Origin: Geosiphon pyriformis uo1
Taxonomy: Eukaryota; Fungi; Glomeromycota
Assembly: GCA_016748015.1 (NCBI GenBank)
Contig: JAAOMT010000302.1
Location: 484,459-548,458, forward strand
Reading direction: 5' to 3'
Length of the DNA: 64,000 nt
Position 1 is the first letter of the stretch. Each line of letters starts with the position of its first letter. The position numbers and the translations under genes are program-made. The notes under the pieces were generated by a model. It searched no databases. It saw nothing but the letters and a program-made list of their open reading frames with translations, and was not told the DNA's origin. This document shows positions 25,201 through 36,574 of the stretch, piece after piece.

Positions 25201-28200
25201 ATGATATGATCTGGAAAGTTGCAACTTGTAATGTTAGAGAAATAAACAATCCTGCAAAACAGGATGATATCATTTGTTGGCATAAGGAAATGGACAATAT
25301 AGTTTTTATTTTTACGGAATCAAAGTTAAAAGGGAAGGTTCATCCCTGGATTGTCAACAAATTTGATGGTGTGTGGGTGTTTACCTCTGGTTTAGAATCT
25401 GATTATCTGGGTGCTGGTGTTGTGGTTGTTATGAACTCTTTATTGGTGAGACATGTGAGCAAAATTTCAAAAGTCCCTGGTTGGCTTCTATCTATCAAGC
25501 TGCTCTTCAAAAATAAACTTTTGGTATCAATTTTGGGGCTTTACACTGGTGCCTCTTTGGTAGCTTGGTTTTTTCAGGCTGGCGATATTAACTCTCTTAT
25601 TGCAAAGACTGTCAATAAATTTTTTTTTATTATCCTTGGTGGTAACTTCAATAAGAATGGATCTTATAGGAGTGCAAGTTTCAAAAAATGTGTTGATTTG
25701 GGACTGGTTAATTTTTTGGTCAATAGCTCGGCTGTTAAGGAGCCTACTTGGGCAAACTCTAGGGATATTATGAAAATGATTGACTTTGTGTTTGTTTCTC
25801 CAAGTCTGGTAAATGTGATTGTGCATTGGGAGGTTTTGGAGGTTGGTGGGCATTTTGACATGGATCACAAAGCTGTTTCCATGTCTGTGAGTCTGGGTGG
25901 TCTTTTGAATATGCAGTTGATATCTTTTCGCAAACAAGCAAATAAAAATCATTGGAAGTTCAATTTCAAGAATGCTAGTAAGGATAAGTGGAATAATTTT
26001 AAGTATGTCACATTGGCCAATGCAGCAATATTCTCAGATGAGTTTATTGTGGCTTCAAGGTTCTCAAATTTAGATGCAATGTGGGATATTATTCGTAAGA
26101 TTGTAATTCTCTTAGTTAATGAAATATTTAGAAAAAAATGGTTTAGGAACTTTAATCACAATTTTACTAAGAAATTTTCGAGGTTTTATAGATTAGAACT
26201 TTTGGTTTCTAAGATTGCTGGGACCTCTTATGAGGATGGTGTTGACAAATTTGTCTCTCTTATAAGGTGTTGGCATTCTTTGGACAATGCTAGGGCTTTA
26301 GTTGTTCAAGAGTTGTTGGACTCTAGTGCAGCCTTTGATCAAGTTCATTCTGCTTTTTTTGGTACTAGGAAATCATATCATGCTTTGAAGCTTGCAGAAT
26401 CTCTAAGGACTAAAGAAGTGAACATCAGGTCAGCTATTGATAAAAGGATGGATAATTTCAAAACAAATAAAGGTCATACTATAAGAAGTGTATTAGAGTA
26501 CTCATTTCACAAAGTGGTGTTAGACCACTTGGTCATTGATGACGAGCTGGTTTTAGAGCCTGATTTGGTTAAATCTAAGGTTGATATAATTATGGAAAGT
26601 TGGACTCGGAAGCATTGGATGGTTCCTGATGTTTTTAGTGAGTGGTGTCATCAGTATTAGTCTTTGGAATATGTTTTTGATAGAGCTTTTTCTGGTGTGA
26701 TGTGTTCAATTGGTTTTGATGAATTTTTTGAGATGGTTTCTGATCTACTTGATAGCAAAGCTGCTGGTCTTTCGGGTATCTCAAATAAGCTTTGGAAACA
26801 ATATAATAGATCTGTTCTAAATATGCTCTTGGTGCTGCTGAACTCTTGTTTGTCTGGTGAATTTGTGCCCAGTACTTGAAGAAAGGCTTAGGTCTTGATG
26901 ATTCTCAAACCTTATGAATGAGAAGGTGTTCTAACAAATACTTGCCCTATTGCATTAATAGAAACAGTTCACAAGATTCTCTCTAATAGGATCTTCTCAG
27001 CTTGCAGTACTTATAATGTTCTTCATGAAGACAATTTTTCAGTTCTAAAGGATACAACAACTCAATCTCCTATTTTTGCAATTGGGTTGGTCATTGAAGA
27101 TGCTTTGGAGAAAAACTGAGAGATTTGGCTGGTGTTACAGGACATGCAAAAAGCATATAATTTTGTCAGCTGGGAACATCTTGAGAAAAGCCTGGTTAGG
27201 ATCAAAATATGTAACAGATTTATTTGTTTTTTCAGTAATATTCATAAAAATCATACCAACCAAGTTATGACAAATTTTTGTTTGTTAGGTGGTTATTGTG
27301 TGCATAATGGTTTGGACCAAAAAAAGGTTTTCTTTTTCTTTCTGTGGCATATATTTTACAATCCTCTGTTGTGTGAAGTCAAGCATCAAAAGAGTACATA
27401 TGGATACAGGATTAATTCTTACTTTATTTCCAGAAATGGTTGTGTAAAATCTCAGGCCAGAATTTTTTCCTTCTTTGCTGCTGGTGCTTTTGTCAACAAT
27501 ACAATTTGGGTTGGCCACAGTTAGAGTGCTACTTAACACATTTTTGATGTTGCTAGTGAGTTTTTCCGAATTAATGACATTTTTATAAATAATAATAAAA
27601 CAGTGACCATTCTCATTAACAGCAAAATCAGCAATCCTTCTCTTTTTATCAGTGGTGCACCCATCTCTATCACCAAAAAGAGGGAGTCTTATTAATATTT
27701 GGGTATTTTTCTTTTATTTAAGGGTCTTTTGAAGCTTAGTTTAGCTAAGGCACATTCGGATGTTTATTTTTTTGCCAATCTGGTCCTGAAAAAAGCTGTA
27801 TTAAATAAGAAATTCTTGTACTTGGTGTTAGCAGTTCTCCATTCTATTGTCAATTACAGAACTCAGTTCAGCTTTGTTTCTGTTGGTGTGTGTAATAAGT
27901 GGGATGCTCTAATTTGTAAAGGCTTAAAGTTTAAGTCTGGTCTGTTTCTCGACTTTCTTAGTAATACATTACACCATTTCTTATTTTATGGTCTAAAATT
28001 CTTCTTGTAAATTCAATCTGAGAGTAAGATTGCTTTACTTGTTAGCTTTGTAAACTCTGGTGGGATTTTGGGTCACTTGTTTTCTCACTGGTCACATGAC
28101 TTGCAGGTTTGATGTTGGCACCCTGTTTATCCATTGGTATTTTCTGTTCATATTCATATTAGTGCTTCTAATAATTTTCTGGCAGGCTTGGTTTGTATTT

Positions 28201-29872
28201 TTCTTGATTGTAATTTATCTTTGAGTGGCCCTTTGGTCAATTCTTTTTGGTTGTGTGATGGAGTGGCCATGTCAGTTGTTTTGGATGAGTCTAAGTTTGT
28301 CAAGTTTCTCCCTTCTCTCCAGTGGTATGATATTGCTTTTGTGGATTAACTTCATGATCGTCATGGTGCTGTTTTTGATTGGTACACCTTTAAGCAGTGG
28401 AAGAGATTAGACCCCTGTGGATCTATTCCAGAGTGGTTTAAGCTGTTCACTGCATTTTTCAATGATGTGACTTTGTCTCCACCTCATCCCTTGGCTGGGT
28501 ATGGTGGTGTTTCTTCAGACATTTGTAGTTTTGGTAACTTTGTGTCTGTTTGTGATCGTCTTTTGCAGATTGATACTGGTGCTTTATCTGTGTACACAGA
28601 TGGATCCTTAAAAAATCTGGACATGGCCAACTGTAGGGCTGGTGCTGCCGCCTTTTTTGAGAACATTGGTTTGGGTTTGGGTGTTGGTGTGTTAGGTTTA
28701 ATGTCTTCTACTTTGGCTGAATTGCAAGCTATTGTACTGGCTCTGAAGTGTGCTTCTTTATCTAGTTCTATTCATCTGTTTTCGGATAGTCAACCTGCTC
28801 TGGATGCTTGCAAGTCAGAACTGGGTCTGATGTGTCCTGATTTTTGTAATCAATGTTGGGTTGAACATTAACATATTGCTGATATTATTTGTGGTAAAAA
28901 TTTAAGGGTTTGTTGGCACAAAGTGAAAGGCCACTCTGGTGTTTTGGGGAATGAATGAATTGACATAATTGCTGATGCCACTTCTCTTTTGGGCTGGTGT
29001 TTTCCTCTTCACTTGGATGAGCATTTTATTGTGTCTAATTATGGTGTGGTTTCTGACAATTCTAGACATTTTGTTCATGATATCTATCATTCCATTTGTC
29101 ATGCATATTAGAAGATTAGTTCTGGTTCAAGGTTCTTAGAAGGCAGTTTGCTTTCTGATATTGATTGGGTCCACTCTTTGTTGGTGTGGCATCCTGATTT
29201 GCATATGGCTACTGGTTTTACTAGCTGGTCCTTAGCTAATGCATGCACATACTTCATGAAAGCTTTATATTATCACTTGTCCATTGCTGTTCAGAAGCAT
29301 CTTTATAGTAGGCTTTATCCCAATGTGTTGTGCTTGTATTGTGGTGAAGTAAAAGTGTCAGATCATGCATTCTCTTGTAAGGTTGACAAAGCTGCCTGCC
29401 ACCAGTTATTGGACTTCCATGTGAGTTCTTGGAAGGCACTTTTTGGCTTTGCTCATTTTTCTTTGTGTGTATTGTAGCTGTTGTCATCTTGTTCTCCTGA
29501 TGCTTCTGTGTGTACAGCTCTTTTCAAGTGTTTTGTTTTTGATGGTTGGTTCCACAAAGCTGTTTCCATTTTTTATGATCTCAAGATTGCTAGTATAGAG
29601 GTTATTAAATTTGTGTACTCTCTTAGTATGGCTTTTAGGAATAATATTTGGTTGATTCACGCCAAGCACTGTGTCTATATAAAAAAAATGGTTTGATTCT
29701 CCTTGATAGTTCAGCAATCATCCCAGTTTCTGGTTTGGCTTTAGGGTTTTTTGTTGGTGTATTAAAATTGCTTGGCATTGCTGATGCTTTCAGTGTGTGT
29801 TTTGGTTTTTGCAAATCTTGTTTGTTTTTTCCAGGTGTTAACGGCTCAGTATCAATTTATATAGCTACATAG
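25197..29872 (+). pseudogene. LINE2 ORF2 (APE, RT, RNase H, Cys motif)
   Basis: KVATCNVRE, FTESKL, IDFVF, MDHKAV, LQDMQKAYN, GAFVNNT, VYTDGSL, AELQAI, KVKGHSG, CLYCGE..DHAFSC. Confidence 0.92.
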
Positions 29873-29881
29873 TATTGTTCT

Positions 29882-29984
29882 GATCAGCCCAAGTGGCTGG
29901 TCGCGTATAGAAAATGTATAATTCATGCCTAATTTAGATCATTTCTTTGATGTATAACATTAGGTAGTGTTTGGATTTCACTCG
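29882..29984 (+). ncRNA. Predicted structured 3' UTR (LINE2 copy)
   Basis: GATCAGCC-CAAGT-GGCTGGTC; CGTAT-AGAAAAT-GTATA; ATTCA.TGCCTAAT/ATTAGGTA..TGGAT; terminal CACTCG. Confidence 0.6.
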
Positions 29985-31589
29985 TTAAGCAAATAAAAAA
30001 AATATATATTTTTATTAATATAATTTAAAATTTAAAATTTACAATTATGTTTTAAAAATAGTAATCAAAAAATATAAACAATTAATCTGTTTTAATTATA
30101 TTAATTATATTTAAATTCAATTATTTAAATTATTAAGTCTTATTAAATAAGCTCAAATTAAATTAGTTAATTTAAAAATAATTAATATATTTAAAATAAT
30201 ATTAATATAATATATAGATTGATATTAATTTAAATATATATACAGTTTTTTTATAAGTTGAAAAAAGTATTAATTTTATTAAATTATAATTTTATAATAA
30301 TTAATAGATTATTTTTGTATTTTTGTAATTTTTTTTATATGTATACTTTTTTATTAAAAAAAATTGATTTAAAATAAATAAAATTATATAAAAAATTTAT
30401 GTTTTATAAATATATTAAATATATTATAAATAAAATTATCTTTAATATTTTATAACTTTTTGATAATTTTATCTTTATTTTTTAAAATTAATTATTTAAA
30501 AATTACAATTTTTTAATAGTTAATTAAAATTCTGATTTAAATTTGGTTTGTTAATTTATTTTGTTTTTTGTATTTTATATAATATTTAATAATATTAATT
30601 TGGTTCTTGTTTAAAAATAAATAATAATAATATAATAATTATTTACTTTAAAAACATTTTTTAAAATCTTTTTTTTTGTATATTATAAAATAAATTTATA
30701 TAATTATGTTTATTTTATAATTAAAAAAAATATAATATATAATATAAACATTATTAAATAAAAATAATATAATAAATTTTGTTTAAATTTTTTTAGTATT
30801 AAAATAAATAATAATAAATTTTACTTTGTTATTTATAATAAAAACACAATTAATAATACAAATTTTTTTATTTAATTTTTATTATTATATTTTAATATGT
30901 AATCTAATTATTTAATACAATATTTTACTTAAATTAAATATAATTTACATATTTTTTACATGTAATTAAACATAAATTCAGCTTAAACTAAACTATATTA
31001 AATTTAAAAAAAAAAAAATTATTTTATATAAAACTAAAACCAAAAAATTATTATTTATAATAATATTACTTAATTATTTTATAGTTTTATTTAAATTAAA
31101 CTTAATATTATTAAGTTAATACTTTTAAAAAGTAATTAATCTAGTATAAACTTTATTATTTAAAAATTTATTATTAAATTTTTTTATATAATTAGTATTA
31201 AATTACAATTAATTTTAATTATATTTATATTTAAAAAAAGCTTATTTATAATTTTATCAAGAATAAACATATTATATTAAATAATACTAATAATATTTTT
31301 AAGCTCTATATACAAAATAGAAAAAATATTTAAAAAAATAATAATTAAAATAATTAACAAATTAATTGGCTTAATAACAGATTTAATAAAAATAACCAAA
31401 ATCTAATATTTTAAAAACTTTAACTTAAATTTAATTACAAAATTATTATTAAAAATAGCCAAAAACAACAGCTTTAACATAAAATTTTTTATCAATAAAA
31501 AATAAAATAAAAACAATAAAGTTATTAATAAACTTAAAAACAAATTTTGGAAAAAAAATAAAACTACATTACTATTTACAGTCAAATAA

Positions 31590-32362
31590 TTTAAACTTTA
31601 ATATTTAAAGTTTTAAAACTTGGTTTAATTTAATTTAATCTAATTAAATTATTAAATTAAACCAATTTAAAACAAAAATTTTGGCTAAATTTTGAACTTA
31701 AATTTAAATCAAACTTAAAATTATTAAATCTAAACCAAACTTAAATCCAAACAATAAGTTTAGTTCAAATTTGGTTTAAAGTTTATAAATATATTCAGAT
31801 TTAGTTATTAAAAATTATATTATATTATTAACTAATTTTTTTTAATAGTTTTTATATATATAATCAAAAATACTGTGCTGTTTTTATAGTTTTAAGCATT
31901 AAATAAAATTTTATATTTGCAATTATATTTTACTTGCAGAAAAAACATTTTTAAAAACAACAAATAATTTTTAAATTATTAAGTAATTATAAATCATATG
32001 TGTAAAATAAAAAATTATGTTTAATATATATAAATATTAAATTTTTAATAAAAATAATAATTTAAATACAGTTTTCTAATTAAATTGGCCAAAAAATTAT
32101 AAAAAATAATGATCTTATTTGTTAATACATTTTTTAATTAATCAATAATTTTTTAAATATTTTGTTTTTTTTTTAATATTTTTTATTATAATTTTACAAA
32201 AAAATAGTTTATGTACATATTTTAAGACCAAATATTTAGCTGTTTTTTTTTTTTGTTTACTTAAACTTGTTAAAAAAATTTAATTTATAATTTAAATTAA
32301 ACTTAAATAGTATTTAAAGTTCAGTTTAGTTTAGTTTATAAAATTTTTACTAGTATTTATAG
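31590..32362 (-). repeat. AT-rich MITE/TIR-like repeat, inverted partner of 21555-22155
   Basis: Reverse-complement match to 21555-22155. Confidence 0.8.
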
Positions 32363-32399
32363 TAATAATAACATTTAAAAGCTTTTTATTAAATATAAT

Positions 32400-33430
32400 A
32401 CTTATATAAAATATTAGTTTTTAAAATAATAAAATTCAAAATATTTAAAAATTCAAAGATTATAATAGTAAAATATTAATAATAATAAAAAAATAAAAAA
32501 TAAAACAAATATGATTACTAACTTAAAAAATCAAATTACTAATCTTGAAAAAAATACAATTAAAAAAAAATTGGCCAATTTAATCTTAAAAGTATTTTTT
32601 AAAATAATTATTATTTTTGATTAAACAAAAATAAATTCTAATATTATTTTAATTAATTAATATAGACTAGTTATTAAAAACAATAGTTACAAAAAAAAAT
32701 TTTAAAATAAACAATAGTATATTATTATAAGTTAGCAAACTTTAACTTAATTAAAATAACAACATTAAAAACACCAAAAATATACTAAAAAAATATTATA
32801 AAGTACTATAAAAATCAAAAAAAAACAAAAGCCATTACAAAAAACTTTATAATTTTAAGTATGATTAAACAAAAAAACCATTAATAAAAATTTTAACAAT
32901 AACCAAAAAAAGTTTTAAAAGCAAAATTTACACAAAACAATTTAAAGGTTATTAATCCAAAAAACTTTTGACAACTAAAAATTATTTCTTAAACATTATT
33001 AAAAACAATACTAGAAAACAAAAAAGAAATAATTTTAATATAATAATAGTAAATACAAATAACTGTTATTGTTTTTTGAAGTCTTAAGTTTTTTTGGTTA
33101 TTTACAAAGTAATAATAATAATAAAAATAGTAATAAAAATAGAAAAAATTAGCTTATTAATAAATTTATTATTAAAAACAATACTAAAATTAATCTTAAT
33201 ATGTTTTTTTAAAAAAACTTTAACTAAAAAAAAACAATTAATCAAAGATAAAAAATGTTTTAAAAGCTATTAAAAATAGCTTTTTATTATTAATATTTAA
33301 ATTAAAATATTTTATTTAGTTGTTTTAATAAAAAAAAAACTTTTTTAATTAAAATTTTATTAATTACAATAAAAAAAAATATTTAAAACTTTTTACTTTT
33401 TATTTTAATTGTAGTCATAAATTAAAAAAA
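32400..33430 (-). mobile_element. Highly decayed copy of the ORF1-only element (5' portion)
   Basis: Colinear with ~47050-48240, e.g. AAAATTGGCCAATTTAATCTTAAAAGTATTTTT and AAAATTTACACAAAACAA. Confidence 0.75.
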
Positions 33431-34240
33431 ATATTATTTTATTTAATAAATTTTTAAAATTATAAGTAATAATATTTATTAATAAAGTAAATAACAATAT
33501 TTTAAATCTATTTTATTGTTTTAAATTTTATGATTTTTAATTATTTTAATAAAATAAACAAATTCTTATTAATCGAAATTAATTAACTAAAAACCAAAAA
33601 ATTAATTTGTTTTAATTTAACAAACTTTATTATAGTTTTTTATTATAGTTTAATTAATTATAATTTAATTAATTAAATTCAAACAAAATTAAAAAAACAA
33701 TTTTTTTACAAAAATACTCTTATTTTTATTTAATGTTATAGTTTTATTTAAACTAAATATTAATGTAAATATTAATTTAATAATCTTAAGAAAACAAATA
33801 TTTTTTTAAAACTATTTATTAATAAAACCATTTTTTTTAATTATTTATATTTTTTTTAGGTTTTTTTATTAATAACTAATAAATTAATATTTAAAGCATA
33901 AAATTTTTTAATAGTTTTAATATTATAGTAAATTATGTTTAATAATAAAGTATTTAACTTAATATTTACTTTTTTATTTTAAAAATATTTGTTATAAAGT
34001 TTAAAAAAAGTTTACTTTTATTATTAATATTAAATTTAATAATAATTATTAAGATAATATATATTTAAAATCTATTTTTATATAATTAAACAAATTAAAA
34101 ATAGTTATTTTGTTATTCAAAAATAAAATTATTTTATTATTAAAGTTTTTTATATTTTTTTACTTTTATTGGCTTTTAAGTAAAATTTTCAATAAAGCTA
34201 TATATAATATTTTTTATAAACTTTTTTTGATTATATTATT

Positions 34241-34380
34241 ATTAGTAATAATCATTAATTTTTGTATAAAAAATTAATAAAACAGCAAAAAAAAACTTTT
34301 TTTTAGTTATATAACTATTAGTAATAATCATTAATTTTTGTATAAAAATTAATAAAACAGCGAAAAAAAACTTTTTTTTT
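34241..34380. repeat. ~76-bp tandem duplication
   Basis: ATTAGTAATAATCATTAATTTTTGTATAAAAA(A)TTAATAAAACAGC(A/G)AAAAAAAACTTTTTTT twice. Confidence 0.9.
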
Positions 34381-34681
34381 AATTTATTATATTTATATTA
34401 AATAATATAATTATATATTAATTTAAAACAAAAAAAATACCAAAAATAAAAAATTAAAATTGTTTTTTTGCCTGTTTTAAATTTTTAACTATTTAAATAA
34501 TAATAAAAAAACTTAAGAAACAAAATCTGTTTAGTTGTTTTTATTATTAAAAAAACTAAAAAAATAAAACTTCTTTTTCTCTTACTTTCACAAATTCTTA
34601 AAAAGCACTTTTCTGAAAAAGAAGTTTTTTATTTTTTTTTGTTAGTATTTTACAATTTTTTTTTCTAATAATCCATTTTTC

Positions 34682-36574
34682 GTGGACCTGAAGGCTGCTT
34701 TTAGTAGCAACATGTCTAAAAAAAAGGCACCAAAGGGTGCTTTTTATAGTCCTGCTGGTGGTTTTTTCTCACAGAAAAAAAAAGTTGTGTTTGAGAATGT
34801 CAAACACTCAAGTAACAAAAAGGATATCTCTCTGTACAAGTCTAAGCTTGATAACAATGTGTTCTCTGATGTGAATAGTGTGTCTGGTAATGAAAAAAGT
34901 GCTAACATGATTGGCATTGATGTTGGGTCTCTTTTGGATTTAACTGCCAACACTCCTAAAGCCAAGCATATCAATACTGGTGCCATTTTTGGTTCCTCTC
35001 TGGGTTCTCCTAATTTTGTCATGGATGATAATGAAGATATCTCTTTTTCTTTTTGTCTTTCAATCTCTCTGAAAAAGAAATGGATTGACCTTAAAATTAT
35101 TAAGACTCAGGTTGAAATGTCTGCCAAAAAATTTTTCACTCTTGATATTAATCTTAGTGCTGTAGAAGGGAAATCAGTGACAGCAAAAACCCAGTTAATT
35201 AAAAATTTTTTTTCATTAGTCAATGATTTTGGAGGGGCCACTACCCCCTCAAAATTTAAGGGGATCATTAGATTTATGTTTACTTTTGAGGAGAGCATGA
35301 TTAAGGCCGCATCATTGGCCAGAGAAAAAAGGATTGTTATAAACAGCGATCTTAGGAGACAAGAAATGAGGTCAGATTGGGCTGTGATAATCAAGGAAAT
35401 TCCCATGGATACACCTAAGGATATGATCATCACCACAGTATCCGAATTTGGGGAAATTAAGTCAATTAAAATTCAACTAATTGGAATGTAGCAGAAGGCT
35501 GTAATGGAGTTTGCTGAATTAAGCCAAGCTGATTTGTTAGTCTTTAAGTGGTCATTCCTGATTGGTAAGGACTCTGTGCACATGGCCAAAGCAGTGAAAA
35601 ATTGTAAAACTTGGGCTTCAAGAGATTGGTTCAGAGTGCTTCTGTTTATCTTGCTAGTGAGAACAACAGCACATAATCTTGGAACTCTTCTGGATAGGGC
35701 TAGTGAGAAAACTTGCATTATAAACAGATCTTTAGAAACCAGTAATAGGATTTGTTGTGCTGTAATCGGTTTTGAATTTGACAATGATCTGAAATCTGCT
35801 TTTTGCATGGAGCCAATTCTTGAGAGTGTTAAACTTTCTTGGACAAAGATGGATCTGGTTTGGTATGAAAAATGTGGGAAGTTTGGTCATTCTGCTCTAG
35901 AATGTGATACACTTGTTGTATCTCCATCTAAGCCCTTAAGAACATTTAAAAGAGTTGCTTCTGATGGATATTGTCTTCAATTGACAAAGTTGTATGAAAA
36001 GAAAGGTGTTCCAATATCTTGGCCGGCTGCCTTTGGTGACAAATCTTGGGCTCAAGTGGTCTCACTTGCTGGTCCTTCTGGTGGTTCTTGTTTCAGTAAT
36101 AGTTCTGGTTCTAGTCTCCCCCTTTTTGGTGCCTTAGATTCAATCAATGATTCTTCTCTCATCTTAGCTAACAACTCTTCTTTGAATAATTGTCTGAACA
36201 TTTTGGAACACTCTTTGGAGCTCTTGATGGATCAGGTGTCCAGTATATTGAAAAAGTTAAGTGGTATAGAACTGGTACCAATGGTGATTCCTTCTAGTGT
36301 TCTTCCTCCAGCCACTTCTGCCCCCTTGGTACCACATTTGGATGTGGATATGGCTTTAGATGATATGACATTGGCTTCCACTTCCACTCCTCTTCTCTTA
36401 GCTATTAATGACGTTATCCATGATTCTAGTTCTAGTTTTTCCAAAGTTTTGACCTTCAAGATGGGTGAATTGAAATTAAAAATGGTAGCTTTTGAGGTTT
36501 CAATTGGTTTAGTTTTGGAAAGGTTAGATCATCTGTGTTCTGGTGCAGGTTCTTCAGCTCTCCTTCTGTCTTAA
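34682..36574 (+). pseudogene. LINE3 ORF1
   Basis: Two track ORFs joined across TAG (Trp->stop) at 35489-35491; FGGATTPSKF, YEKCGKFGHSALEC. Confidence 0.88.

Larger units (their letters stand above)
23264..30002 (+). mobile_element. LINE copy 2, full length, hypermutated
   Basis: 5' AAAACTTCTTTTT, ORF1 ~23373-25200, ORF2 25197-29872, 3' UTR, A-tail. Confidence 0.94.

Noticed and set aside
25527-29717. Antisense ORFs within LINEs (also 34744-41226)
   Set aside because: Short shadows of the sense frame, with no motifs and no consistent positions across copies.
29880-29915. Hammerhead, hairpin or HDV ribozyme in the 3' UTR
   Set aside because: CTGANGA is not conserved (CTGATCA in one copy only), GAAA sits in a loop and is missing in LINE1, and no other catalytic core is recognisable.
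31403-31585. ORFs in AT-rich relics (also 46579-46782, 47757-48112)
   Set aside because: F/L/I/K/N-rich artefacts of eroded repeats.
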